Positions 40,301 to 55,300 of a stretch of 64,000 nucleotides of DNA are shown in pieces. Location of the stretch: positions 3,596,001 to 3,660,000 of the forward strand of contig OZ287761.1 in the NCBI GenBank assembly GCA_965649765.1, given 5' to 3'. The notes beneath the pieces are model-generated. The model was not told the origin of the DNA and searched no databases. It saw only the letters and a program-made list of their open reading frames with translations. The first letter of the stretch is position 1. Each line of letters opens with the position of its first letter. The DNA comes from Bispira polyomma (lineage: Eukaryota). A program made the translations under genes and the position numbers.

Positions 40301-43300
40301 GTACGATCACAGTTTGTTCGTCTTCTGGGATATCAAATTCGAACGTAACTTTTTCAAGTTCCTGTTTCTTTGATCGGACTTCGAGCATTGAGATATGGTC
40401 TTCAACACCTTGCTCAGTTTGCAATACTTCTGTTATTTCTTTAGTATGGTCAATTATAAAACTGACTTCTGCCAGCTCAATGCCTGGTTCTTCTTTTGGT
40501 GTCACTTCAATGCTTGATATGTACTGTTCTTCAGGTAATGTAGAAACCTCTTCCGGGGAAACTTCAGTTTCTGTGCGATTTACATCTGGTTCTACCTTTT
40601 GTACGATTACAGTTTGTTCTTCTTCTGGGATATCAAATTCGAACGTAACTTCCTCAAGTTCCTGTTCCTTTGGTCTGACTTCAAGTGTTGAGATATGGTC
40701 TTCAACACCTTGGTCAGTTTCCAATGATGCTTCTGTGATTTCTTTAGTATGTTCAATTATAAAACTGACTTCAGCAAATTCTGGCTGTGTTTGTTCTTGT
40801 GGTGTGACGTCAATACTTGATGTATACTGTTCTTCAGGCAATACAGAAACCTCTTCAGGAGAAACTTTAGTCTCTGTCCGATATAAATCTGGTTCTACCT
40901 TTTGTACAATCACAGTTTGTTCTTCTTCTGGAATATTTAATTCGAAAGTAACTTCCTCAAGAATCTTTTCCTTTGGTTTCACTTCCAACGTTGTGATATG
41001 ATCTTTGACATCTTGGTCAGTTTCCAATGATACTTCTGTTATTTCCTTAGTATGGTCAATTATAAAACTGACCTCTGCCAGCTCAATGCCTGGTTCTTCT
41101 TTTGGTGTCACTTCAATGCTTGATGTGTAATGTTCTTCAGTCAATGTAGAAATTTCTTCAGTTACAATTTCTTTCGTCTCAGTTTTATATACATCTGGTT
41201 CTACCGGTGTTACTATCACAATTTGTTGGTCTTCTGGAACATCCAATTCGAACGTGACTTCTTGAAGTTCCGGTCCCTCTGGCATCACTTCCAGCCTTGA
41301 CACATGGTCTTCCAATAACTCCACAGTTGATGTCTCTTCTTCAGTACGCTCAATTGTAAAACTGACTTCTGAAACTTCTTTGGGTTCAATGTCTGCTTCT
41401 TCTTTTGGTGAAATGTCAATGCTGGACACATATGGTTGACCAGGCAAAATTGGCACATCTACCTCCAGGTCTATTTCTTGTGTTACTTTCTCCTGTTCTA
41501 CGACTTCATTTTCAGAAATAACTACTTCTTCCAAGATGACTGTTTCATCCACTTGGTCTTCTATTTCCATTTCTTTTGTTTCTACAGTGGTCGACTGACT
41601 GATGTCATACTGGACTTCTGAGACTACTCTGAGCTCCTCTTGTGTTTCAGTTTTTACTTCCTCTTCTACAATCAGCTGTTCCTTTGGTTTTGTCACTACT
41701 GCAGAAATGTACGTATCAGTCACTGACTCTGGCATGTCTACCATCACTTCACCAATCTCCAACTTTGCTGGCACTTCATCTTCAGAAATAACTACTTCTT
41801 CCAACATAATTGTTTCATCCACATGCTCTTCTATTTGCTCTTCTTTGGTTTCTTCACTGTTGTCATACTCGATTTCTGAGACCACTCTGAATTCCTCTTC
41901 TGGTTCGATTTGCACCTGTTCCTCTGTAATCACCTGTTCCTTTGGTTCTGTCACTATGGCTTCATCATCTGAAGTAACTAGCTCTTCCAACACAACTGTT
42001 TCATCCACATACTCTTCTATTTCCACTTCTTTTGTTCCTTCAGTGGTAGGCTCGCTGATCTCAATGGCTTCCTCTTCTTTTGGTGTAATTTTGACGCTGG
42101 TAACATATGGTTCCTCAGCAAATTTTGGCACATCCACCTCTAGGTCAATGTCTTCTGTTACTTTCCCCTTCTCTGTGACTTCTGAAGTTTCATCAACATA
42201 CTCTTCTGCTTCTACTACTTCTACTTCTTCAGTGGTAGATTCACTGATGTCATACTGGACTTCTGAGACTACTTTAAATTCCTCTTGTGTTTTAGTTTTC
42301 ACCTCTTCCTCTGTAAACAGCTGTTCCATTGGTTCCGTCACTACTGCAGAAATGTACGTATCAGTCAATGACTCGGGTAAGTCTACCGTAACTTCACCAA
42401 TCTGCAACTTTTCTGTCGCTTCGTCGTCGCCGATATGTTGCACAATCGTGGTCACACTGTGCCGTGTTTCTTCTATGACACCTAAATTGATTTTTGATTT
42501 CAATACACCCAGACACAATAACTTGACAACAAAAACACATTACAAAGAACTGAATATGATAAAAAAGACCAGGGTCCGTATTCTCCAAAGAAACTCAGGC
42601 TCAAACTCAGACTCCACTCAAACGAAGGCTAATGTGTGTACATGGAACAAGTCTTTACTTTTGACCATTCATTTGAATAGAGCTTTCAGTGCTGAATTTA
42701 AATATGCAGTCAGATGTTACAGAAGTTCAGAGTTAAGCTTGAAATTTTTCGGGAATATGTGCCATAACACAACAACACAAAAGATCTGACACAAAAAAAT
42801 ACATAGTTTTAGTTTTTAAATCACACAAAAAAAAAATCACAAGTGTTTCATATGACAAAAACGACCGGAACAGAAAAAACAAGATTCGACCAAAAACACT
42901 TATACAAGGGTGGGGTGGTGGAGGTAAATGGTATTGGATGTAAACAGCAGTACATTAAAACTTCATAAAGATGGCTCCAGAGTCCTATTTTCAAAATGTA
43001 CATCAGACATACACTAAAGATACCAACGGGCAGTTTTAAAAAAAAAAACCTGTCGTTTACATTTAACACCTTCTTTACATCCACCACCTTTGCCCGTGTA
43101 GTAACTCACTTGACTAACAATATACTAGCTTAAGTTAATGAATAGGTGTACATGATATTACTACAAATATAAGAACATATTAAGGTACAAATTGCTCATA
43201 AAACAATAAACTCTTTTTATATCTGCCTCAATTGTGGCTTAAGCAATTGTGTTAAGACTACAAAGTGTGTAGTTATCTTATCCCAGAGTCTGTCATTAAA

Positions 43301-46300
43301 TAGATAGAATAAATAAACAGAATTAGGATAGCATTCTTACTTTAAACCTGAAAAATACCACTGTTGTGAATCCTTTAAATGAAATATTGAAAATAACAAC
43401 GTTGAGATGGATAAAAACAACACCTTTCAGTAGACTGGTTTCTGAAAAAGAAAATCACCTGAAATTTTAATAAAATTTAAAATTCACAGATTCTCATTTC
43501 CCCCAAGCACTGTACAATAAAGATAAAAGGTAAAATAAAGCAGGACAGTAATCAGAAACAATTCAAAACTATTCATATATACATAATTATACCATCAACC
43601 TAATGATCCAACTACTGAATTTACCTTGTTCAGTTGACCCCTAAAAGTGAAAGAAAAACAATCATTTTCTAAAATCACTGAAAATATGATTACAAAGTGA
43701 ATGTGCCATTTATATATACACAGACAATACAGATAAGAAGAAGCAGGAGACAGGACAGATACAAAAGTCTAGAAATGAGGAGAATATAGACAAAGAGTGA
43801 TGTACCTGAGCAGGGTTATACTTGGTGTTAGTATCCACAAACCTGACATAAGGGTTAGTTTGGCAACACAAACAGCTGAACCTTTGGGACTGGAAGCCTT
43901 CGCTGAATAAGTCCCACAATTCTCTGTGGTCACCTTAGCAACTGTCAACGTATGAACCCCATTGTTCTCCGATGTTACATGGCTCGGTGAGGGTTTCGTC
44001 AGCTCTCTGTCGTTCAAAGACCATACGACATACGGTTCTGGGTTACCTAAAATTTTACACTGAAAGACACAGGCGTCACCTTTGGTTACCACAATGGAAC
44101 GCAGGTATTCCACAAATGTCGGAGCAAGGGTATTGTTAGGTTTGTTAGTTAAATGTGCATATTTTAAGAGTCTCAGCTTCCTCCCTGGTTCCGTCAATGG
44201 CCTCTTCTTGTGTCTTCTGTCTCCGCCACTAGGCGGCGCCACCACCACGACGGCTCTATGTAAACAAGGATGTGATTGGTTAGACACAAGAACAGTCCCA
44301 GCATGCATCAGTGGCTCACCTGATTGCTGGGTTTGCACCACCTGTACTTCTTTGTGGGTGATTTCCGACTTCTTGGTGATTTCCATTCTGACTTCGGAGG
44401 TTTCTTGCTTCACTTCACCTGGGTACAAAATAAACACACAGTGTGCAGCAGCGTAAACTATAGGTTATTTATAAAAAAATTGACTGTAAATGGATTTGAA
44501 TATGGACTTATTTCGGATTGACGTTGCTTTCAACAGCTTAGGTAATATCACAATATTACATAATTTAAATTTAGTAAGAAATTTAGCTAAAAAAAACTAT
44601 AATAAAGAATTTTGCTTTGCAAAACGTTAACGCTTAGCTAAAATAAGTTGCATTTTACAAAACGTTTGCTACTTCAATATTTTCAATCAAAATATTAGTG
44701 ATTCAGTTATATCACATTAATATTTTAACCACTCTTGAAAAAATATACAAGAAAAAGTATAATTACCTGAAATATGAAGTATGTTTTCAATTCAGGATAT
44801 GAAGTAATAATTATGATTGGAATCACCAAGTGATAAGCATTTGAATAGTATGTTTGATGCATGTTTGATGCTTCAGAAATATTTATATTTTGGTTTTTCC
44901 AGTACTACCATGTTAACAGAGGTTTTACTGTATGTGTTGCCCTTGTAACTAGATATAGTGAAACCTTTATTATCTGAACTTGTTTGGTATATATGATTTT
45001 GTTTCGATAATAGAAGGTTCATAAAATAGAAGATGCATTTCTCTATAACACATCTATCAAAGATAACTTTTGGAGAATAAATGGAAATACCTTCATAAAA
45101 TAAAATATTCTGACAATAGATGTTTGGATAATAGAGGTCCTACTGTACTTCTTTCAGTACTTAACCAAACATGTCTAGGAGTTGAGTGATCTTAGTTTGC
45201 TATTCATGCAAATTTTTTCTGTTATTTGTGTGTGGTATGCGTGTGTTTTTCGTTCTTGATGTAATATTGTTGTAAATGTTACAACTACTAACATTCACTA
45301 TTCTGTCACGCACACACATTGATATACACACCTTTTCCATTCATCAACACTCATACATCATCACTCAGTATATATAAATTCAATGCTACACACACAAAAA
45401 TGCGCATAGCAGTATTTTCTGTGATTTTAACTCCAAATCCAGTCACTGCGTAAACCCTTGAAAAAATATGCGTATATATATCCTTATATACTGAGATTTA
45501 TAACAAAAACAAATAAGTCAAAACATATATACATACCATGCAGCCAGCAGTGTTAATGCTAGCGAAAATAAAACATTAAAACAGGGGGCGGTATCCACAA
45601 AAGGGCTGAAAGACAGACAATGTCCTAAATCTAGCACAGAAGTATACTAGATCTAAGACAAAGTCTTGGCTTAGCCCTCTGGTAAATATACCACCCCAGG
45701 ACATTAACGACCATCTAGGGGCTTCCAAATAAAGCCAACGTTCTCATGTACGCAATTTATGGCAACCAATAACCGACTTATGATCGCAAAAATCAAATGC
45801 TGCTGTTCTCATACATAAACGGTCTCAGGATGCGACTTTTAGAAGATCAAGCTTTCTTAACACAAAGTAGCATTATTTTGTGATTTTTCCATTTGAATGT
45901 TATTTTTTTCACTCCTGGAGCGGAAAAAAAATAAATTACATTCAAACCTCTAACTTTAAATGTTGCAAATCCCATTGAAAAACATGAGAACAAACCAAGA
46001 TAATCCATTGTTTTGCATTTTTAACACACCATATTGATGTGAGGGATCTTCTGAAGTGTGACAACTGAATCATTTAACCAATCGAAAATTCCAATCGAGA
46101 AGAAATATAGCAAAGGTCGTAAGGAAGGATGTGGGGATGTACAGGGATAAAAACTACGGTAAGCGAGTTTAAAGAGATAACATTTTATGTTTTCGCCTAA
46201 AACGACCAAGTGATCTAATCTCAATTGGGAGACTATTTGTTGACATAGAAGCAGCGACATAGGGAAAAGCTTAAGATCCAATCACATAGATGAGAACATA

Positions 46301-49300
46301 GGCTAAGTACTTTCTCTTGTCACATACATGAGAACATAGGCTAAGTACTTTCTCTTGGAGGGCAAGTAGTGGGGGGTTGAGAGGTCAAAGGTAGATGTAA
46401 CACAAATACAGTTGAGGGGTCCAAAAAAGCAAAACAACAACACTGATGCAGCTCATCGGCACTGAAAATGTCCACACATCAATCCATGCATTGTGAGGGG
46501 ATGCTGTGTGTCACTATAGCAACTGGATCATTCTCAACTCTTGCTTTCCTAACACAAGCATCAGAGAACTAAACAAATAACAACAACACATCAAATAAAT
46601 ACTTTAAAATTTTAAATTTTTAAAAAAAATTATCAAATAGTCTTGAAATGGAACCAACTGAATAGAAAATATTACTATATTGTTTTCATTGAATAGAATG
46701 TCAATGGTATTATGGTAAGTAAGCATAAACAATAGAATTTGATTTGAGTCCGGTTTTTAACTATAGCTTTCAACAGCTTAGGTCATATGACGACGGCCAG
46801 ATTCCACTGTGGAGGAAACCATATTGGTGAGAGACCAGTGGTTATGAAGCAAGCACTTCTAACCACGAGGCCACTGCTGCCCTTTTACTTCAGGGATATC
46901 AAATCTTAAGTGAAATACTTGAACATTTTAATAACAGTATGAAATTTGAATAAATTTACAATTAATTGAACCACATGCTTACATACAATAAATAAGTATT
47001 ATACATACAAATACATGTTAACATCATCTATTGGTAAAAGGTAACAAATACATCACTATTGGTATTCTTTAATACAAGATGCATCTCTATCACAAAAATA
47101 CACATGCAGTTCTTTGTTCATTAATATTTTTTTTTTACGACCACGAAAGAAAAACTAAGACAAAAAAGTACAATCAAGTGTAGTATCAAGTTGGCAGGTA
47201 TATATATATTATAGTTATATATCTTATCTTTTTTTCATTTTATTTACTCTACAAGAAAGTAGTAAAGAGACACTAAAAGATTTAGTAAACACCAAATAAA
47301 AACAATACCGTTGTTAATAATAAGATATATAGAGAAAATCAGGGGGCCGTCTTCACAAAAGGTCTGTCTCAGTCTTAACTTAGTCATAAGATTTCGGTAT
47401 CTGATTTTAGCTGAAAATGATTAAGATTTTGGGTCTTAGCCCCAGTGACAGTAAGAAAAGATCTTTGGTTAGTGTTAACTTTGCTCTAAACACCAAGAAC
47501 TAAGTCTTAAATATTTTAGACATAACTATTAAATTTAAGGCTCACTTAAGACTTAAGACCCTTTCGTGAATACGGCCTCCAGAGATTATAGGAGAGAAAC
47601 AGCAAGTACTGAGAAAGAGATCGTTAAATAAAAAACAGGAAAAATTACCCACAATGCACTATGTTATAAATCTCAGAATATTTTCAAATACACGTTTTTG
47701 ATGACACTTTTAAAATAAAACATCCCGTTAATTAGTACTGTGACGATTATTATTAACGGTCACACTTTTATTATAGTTAAAAGTAAAAAAGATGAAATAA
47801 AGAAACAAAATCAAATTCTTGGGTCTCAATCCTTTTATTGAACCAGAAATCTGTTGACAGTGGTTTCCAGAGTATAGTTTTTAATTGATATTTCCTTTTA
47901 TGTCAAAAATAACACACGTTGGTACACATGTCGCTAGATGCGTTGAAGTCACACAAACATCCCTGTCTCTTTCTCGCAGTACTTAACGTTTCCCTGCACT
48001 TCCAATTATCAATCACGTCAGCAGAAAACTATAAAGAGTGTATTTTAACAGCTTTATACCCGCTTTGATTTCATATTTTATTGATATTTTCGTTGGAAGT
48101 AACTGAAGTTTGTTCACATTTCAAAATGACAAATGATCATCGGCCCGGAACTGCAGTCAGAACTTAGTAAAAAAGGGATATATTTTCTTCCTGATCAAAA
48201 ATAGGAAGTGATCGATAATAGGAAGTTTGACGATATATACACACACTAAAACCTCAGTATAGTGAACACCTCCGAATAGGGAACACTTCTCTATAATGAG
48301 CACTTTTTTTCGCCTGTTTCCATTTTGCCACCAGTGAATTATAAACAGTACCTTTTTAAATAGTGAGCACCCCTTAAAAGTGACCACTTTGGGTGGGTCT
48401 TTAAGAGTTCACTATATGGAGGTTTTACTGAACTATAATCTCTATTTAACTCTTTCAGTGTGGAATTCGAGTTTTAAATGACACCCTTGAGTTGAATCTT
48501 AATTTAGCTGGGTGGTTTTTACGTTGCTTGTAAACAACCTAGAGGTATATCACAGCAGCTATATTTAACAGTGGAAGAAACCAGTGCTGAAGCCACTGTG
48601 TAAACCACCGATCTACGGCAAGTACCTGACAAACTGTCCCACATGAAGGAATGAACAGGATTCAAACTCACATTAGTGAGAGACCAGTAAGAGATTGTGA
48701 AGTCACAATTTTAACCACTAGACCACTGCGGTCCCATGATACCCTTCTGTAGAAGAGATGAACATAATTGATATTGAGTTATTAAACTGCTATAGTTAAC
48801 TTATCTGTGTCAATATTTAGGTCTAAATTATTATACATTTTTAATCCTGATAAAGTGAAAATAAGATTTCACTTGGTGTATTTTGGCGAACATCGTAAAA
48901 TAACTTTAAGAACATACTAAAGTTAGTTATAAAAGGGTAGTGCCAACCACACCAAAAGAGTAAGGTTTACATTATATATTTAACAGAATATTGATAACCA
49001 CAAATGGTTGGCAAATTTGCTATAAAAAACAATAAATTTACACTTTTTTAGTTTACATAATTTACTAAACAAAAAGCTCTGCATTAATTCCTTTTTTATA
49101 CACCTGCCAACTTTTAACAACTTGATTGTAACAAAACATCTTAACAATACCTTTGCACGCAAACAAAACAGTTACACTTTAACAGAGGGTGCGTAACTTA
49201 AAGTCATTAACCCAAACTTACTGGCAACAGACTTGAACTGGAGATTTAAGTATTAAGCCAATAACCCAAAAATAATATAATTTTCTTTTGGCACATTAAA

Positions 49301-52300
49301 TTTTTTTATAAAGTTTATTTTCAGTTATATTTAAAGCACATCCATCCATACACTTCACAAAAGATCACTGTTTATAATAGTGCGAGATATTTAGAATATT
49401 ACAGCACATATCAAATAGCAAAAAAGAACAATACCTCTTTGAAATACATGTAGGAGATTAAGTAGGCGGAAATATCATTACATCAAAAGATATGGACAGG
49501 AATTAGGGCCATCTACTTCTGTGGAGCAGGACGTTTTCTTAACAATGAAGGTCAAATGCTGAATGGTGAAAGGTCACAGATAAGGACATCCAATTTAAAT
49601 ACACCAGGACTATTTTATATGCTACGAATAGTCTTGGACAAACTGTTCAGTATAAAATTGGTTCTATGAATCTTTAAACAAAGTCAAATCAACATCGAAA
49701 CTATCCAAGTTAATTTTCAAACAATTCTAGGTCAAGGTCAAAAGTAGAAAGTCAGGCCAAGGACAAACCTTAAAACTAAATCAAAACAATCCATAAAATC
49801 CTGCATTCTACCAATTTTGAATAGCGTTGAAGCAAAGTATTGAAGATATGGCAAAATTGAGAAAAATACCAAAGACAGACAGAGACAAATTCAAGGTCAA
49901 ACAGTTACAAGATCAAAACATAACTCTATTTAATTGTGAAAACGCTTGTGGCGGGAGGGTGTCTGATCATTGAAAGGTTTGTTCCCGAGATCTAACCTAT
50001 TTGGTTGGGTTCGATGTGGCTTTCAATAACTTTAATGAAGTTCCAACTAAGTGACACGATAGTACATAACAAATTTTACAAATGGTGAATTTTTAGAGAT
50101 TTCATTCTACATATGTTATTTTCCCCCATTTCAGCAACTACACTGATTAGAAACAGTTAGCATATAATGATCTGCAGCTTGCTGCAAGAAATACATGTGC
50201 AGTAAAGAATATAAATATTCCACATAAACATGTGTTAGATAAAGCTTTAGAACAGTATAAAGAAAAAGCCTGTTAAAAAAGTGCACAGCGTCAGAAAAAT
50301 GAGAGCAATATGATAAACATGTATACAGTTTCAAAAATGCATTGCTGGTTACATCAACAAATCATATTTAAAGCTGCATTTAATGGCTCCACCAATCATA
50401 TTTAAGAGTTGATTTTTTTTCATTTTTTTATATGTTCTTTCTGCAAAATTAACAATGACAACACATATAGTAGTGTTATGCTATTTCGGCACATTTTTTA
50501 TTCAGCACAATTCTCTGTTCGCAACCTTATAATAAGTTCACGTTTTCAATATTATATTAGTGTGTCAATATGAAAAGGATTATTCAACCAGAAAACATAC
50601 GATAACAAACTGATTTAATTGATGTCAATTGTATATTTGAATTTGAATTTCAGCTTAGGTCACATCACGATGGCCAGATTTACTGGTGGAAGAAACCAGT
50701 GCTGAAGCACCACTGTAAACCACCGGCCTACGGCAGGTATCTGACAAACTTTCCCAAACATGAAGGGACAAACAGGATTCATACCCATATTAGTGAGAGG
50801 TAAGTGCTGGTGAAGCAAGCACTTCTAACCACCAGGCCACCGCGACCTCTGTCCATAGTGTAAATGCGCCGAAATAACATTGAACCACCCAGTACATATA
50901 AAGAAACAACACATTTGCCAGCAATGTGTGTATATGTGTAGCCCGACTTTACACAAAGTAGCGAGCACCAACATCTTACAAGGCTATGTGTGACTTCAAA
51001 GCAATGGGGAAAAAACACTGGCAAAAAGACACTACTAATAAAGTGGGATTTGGAGGTTGGATTTTTGTTAAGTGTTTTTAAAATACTGGTCAATGCTTTT
51101 TACAAAAGGTGTATAGCAATTTATCTGAATCAAGAAATCCTTAATTGTATATGATTTTTTGTTTTAAAAAATTCTTTAATTTCTTTCTTATTTAGAGAGC
51201 AAGAAATGGAGAGGGGATAAAGTAAAAGCCAGCCATTTCCAACGAGCGTCATGGTAACTTAGATCAGTTGTTTTTTTACAAATAAACCTTCCACTTCAAA
51301 CTAAATAAATAAACTGTTTATAAACTTTATTTATTTTGCTGTTTTTTTCTAAAATTTTATTAACAAACTGTCGCTTCAATGTGGGTTTTTTGTTGTTTTT
51401 TTTTTTTGCTTTTTCTCTTATTTTGAAAACAAAAGTGACAGAAATTTCACCAGTTAATTACAACAGCAGGCATTCGATTATCCAAACATTCTTATCTCCA
51501 ACATCCAGATATTTTGCATTAATAAAACATAATAAACTGTGTCCATATAATTAAATATTCGGATAACAGAAGTTTGGATAATAGAGGTTCTACTGTGCTT
51601 CCTTATACCACTTGATATACACCCAGAACATGTACACAGGGTACTGTAGAAACCAGCAACTGCCATCAAAAAAAAATAATTGTTGTTTTCTTTTTTTTGG
51701 ACGTAGTTACAGGTCAGGGGTCTCTACAACAACCCATGTACACATATCAGCTTGTGTTTCTATGTATAATATCACAGATAATAATAAAAAGAGGGCCGAG
51801 CAATCTTAAAACTCACCTAACCCCTGCCAGGGCTAGGCGTAAAAATGTCTCTGACTTAGAAAACCCAGCCTGGGCCAAAACTGAGGGTCGTTTGTTTGTT
51901 TTGATGGCTGGGAGTTACATTTCAATGAAAGGATATTTAAGTTTGCATGATGGTAACACACACACCCCCCTTTTTTACTATCTACTTCTCAATTCTGATT
52001 AAAAAGTTTGTTGTTGGTCAAACGATGGTAAGTTGCTGTTTTAAAATGATGTATAATATATAAACTTACAGTAGAAGAAAACCCCGTTAAGTCAATCTGA
52101 AGGGACCATAATATAATGTTTCTACTTAACAGAAATTATACTTTACCCTGTAGAAGTAGAATTTCTTTTAAGTAGAAATGTAGCAAAATGTGAGGATTCA
52201 AATAATAACTTCTACTTAACAGGTAATTCCACTACAAAGAAATAGGAAGATTCACAGATCGTGTTTTCTGCACACTAGAAGTGACTAGAATATCTATACC

Positions 52301-55300
52301 TAAATGACTAGAAGAATAGATGTTTTGTTTACATATAGAACTAAAAAGTAAATAATTTATAAATAAGAAACTTAAAGAGAGAAGAAAAGAAATCATAAAT
52401 ATATAGTAGTAAAATAAAAATAAATAAGTTTTGAGCACATTTTGTAGATTAGAGAAAAAAGAAACACTACAATTTCTAATAAGATGAAAGGCCTTGGTAA
52501 AATTTCTGTCACAATTTTCTTTTTCAAAAAAGAAAATAATTTTTTTTTTTAAATCCTACATTCAAGCGTATAGTTGTCAATATATTTGTTATTCCAAATA
52601 TATTAATGACTAAATTATATTAGCACATTCTCAATTTCTTAGTAAAAGTTCTAATTTCGACACGGTTTTTGCATTTAAACTCGGGTTGTGGCATCTCTTA
52701 GTTTCCACTTGAAGAGCATCTCGATTTCAATGTCATAGTATTCTTCAACGACCACCTGTTCCACGGCGTCTAAAAGTTCTATGGGTTACAGAGACAAAAG
52801 GCCATAAGTTCTAAGGGTTACAGAGACAAAAGGCCATAAGTGTAATGGGTTACAGAGACAAAAGGCCATAAGTTCTATGGGTTACAGAGACAAAAGGCCA
52901 TAAGTTCTATGGGTTACAGAGACAAAAAGCTGTAAGTTCTATGGATTAGATAGACAAAAGGCCAGTTAATAGATTGACAGGCAATTTGAGGATATCTTGC
53001 TTACTTTTTAACTCATTACATAGTCACTAAATTATTATTGCCAAATCTGCATTATGTTAAGGCAAAGATAGGGATTTTTTTATACGTTTATAAAAACAAA
53101 TAATTAAGGAAAGTAGCTAAGAATTAAGGGACTGAATCTTTAATATTCATAAAACCTAAAGCTGTTGCAAAGAAAAAAAATTAGATCAAAAATCTCTGTT
53201 CATATTGCTGCCCAAGAAAGAGCTTTTTGTATTTACAAACACTGAAAAGATATATGGCTATACAGAGATCATGAATAAAGCTCATTGGATAAAATACTGA
53301 GCCAATGAAAATGAGCTGTCATCTCTATTTTGATTGGTGGAAATGAAAGATTAAAAAATTAGATGACTGTTTCATCTCTATTTGGATTGGTGGGATGCAA
53401 GATTCAAATTTTTAAAGACTGCTAAGTATGCCATATTTAACTTTACCAATAAATATACAGTCAGAATTTTACAAACTTGACTTTTTATCTATTCATGGTT
53501 TCTTAAGATAACTTAAAACAAAGAGTATACAGATATAATATTAAACAAAACCCCAAAAACGAAATCCCAACCACCACTACAAATCTATTATACACATAAA
53601 GAAAAATCTATGTAATTTCCATATATTATTTATGTATGGATGTCTGTGCTGTGAGAAACTAATATATACTAAATACTAAAAGCAACCAGTAAGGCTAGGT
53701 TATGGTACATACTAAAACACACATGCATTTTGTGAAACCAGAAACAAAAGAAAAAGTCTGGAGAAAAAAAAACGTGACATATATATATACAGGTTAACAT
53801 GAAGTGGGTCGGCATTATAAAGTGGGTTGATTTTTTATAAAAGTGATTTAAATAAATTCATCTCTTGAAATTCACAGATTCAATAAAAAAATATCAAAAG
53901 TACTAATGTATTAACCAAAATTAACAGAGTTCATTTTTGTCCATAGAACAATTTAGTGGAGAGATAAAACAAATCGACCCCACTTTACAACTTGCCGACC
54001 CACTGTATGTTAACCCATGTATTTAATATACACGGCGATCTCTAGGCTAACAATCCGAGTTTGACACAATATTCCTGTGTCCTTTTTTGACAAACTACTA
54101 TAAAAAATACTACCCGTGGTTATAAACGCACATACATAGATGTAAAAGGTTTTGGTAGAAAAATCCTATACACAAAATACAATCCCTTATATGACTTCCT
54201 GTGCTTTTTTACAATTTTCAAACTTGAAGTAGAAATGAAGGTTTTTACATTCTTAAACTTGAAGTAAAATAAATAACTTCAAAGTGACTAAGAGAATTAA
54301 TCTTTTATATTAATTTATATATTATTTTATAGATAAGCTGCTTTTAACCCTATCAAGGCCTATATTGACGTAGCGTTTCATACATTCACTGAAACTATAT
54401 CGGGCAGCAAAACAGCAGACACAACCCAAAAATTATTGTTTTACTAGGCTATTTTTCAGTCCTGCGCTTTTGCAACAAGGTTTAATACTGCAAAATATCT
54501 TCTATTTAAAGCAAATTATACACGAGGCAGTTAGAAAATGTTGTAATTGTTTCTTGTTGTGTGTTTTAGTGTGACTCAAGTTATCTGTAAACCTCTTACC
54601 CCGGAATTCCATTCATGTGTACAACGGTAATATATACGGCATCGAAAGGGTTAAAACGCTTAAAACAGCTCAACAATAACATCAAAGAAGCACCTAGATA
54701 TACTTGTCTATTACACACACAAACTGAGGTATAACCTAGGCAACTGATCACATCCGACCTCTGTGAATACGCATTATCCAGTAGACCCGGTGAAACCAGA
54801 ACCAGCATAATAGTGGAATATCTCTATATTAAATAGAGAACCAATTTTCTAGTGCCATATAGTCAAAAATTTTAGTTTTTTTTAAATTAGGTATTAAGTA
54901 CAAAATTTAGCAATAAGTGAAACCAAATCCTGTGGATATTGGAGATTTGACTTGTGGATATTGGATGTTTTGACTTGTACAGAGTCTACTGTAAAATATA
55001 GTAGAGCCTCTATTATCCAAACATGTTGGGAGAGGAAAATTTTGTTCGGATAATTAAAAGTTCAAAAACAAAAATAAGAGCTATTTACATAAAAAACAAT
55101 AGGAACATGTGGAAAAGTAGTTTATAAAATTGAATATTTGGATAATACAAGTTCGGATAATAGAGGTTCTCTCTACTGTATATAATAACTAAACATTTTC
55201 TTAAGCACAAGGTAAACAGAAGCTACACTGAGCATGCTCAGCAATGATTGACAGTGGTGGGCGGAGCTCTAAACCCCTAAACTTTCTTTTAAGCACATGA

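Noticed and set aside
20519-42789. Many plus-strand ORFs (Ser/Val/Phe-rich, e.g. 41602..42789, 40099..41001, 23675..24823)
   Set aside because: Antisense shadows of the GAA/GTT/ACA-biased minus-strand exons; no independent domains or splice logic.
46020-46285. Possible LINE fragment
   Set aside because: No recognisable RT or endonuclease motif; cannot be supported without a database search.
47900-48230. Possible internal promoter in the long intron
   Set aside because: Slightly CpG-richer, but I could not define a first exon or donor.
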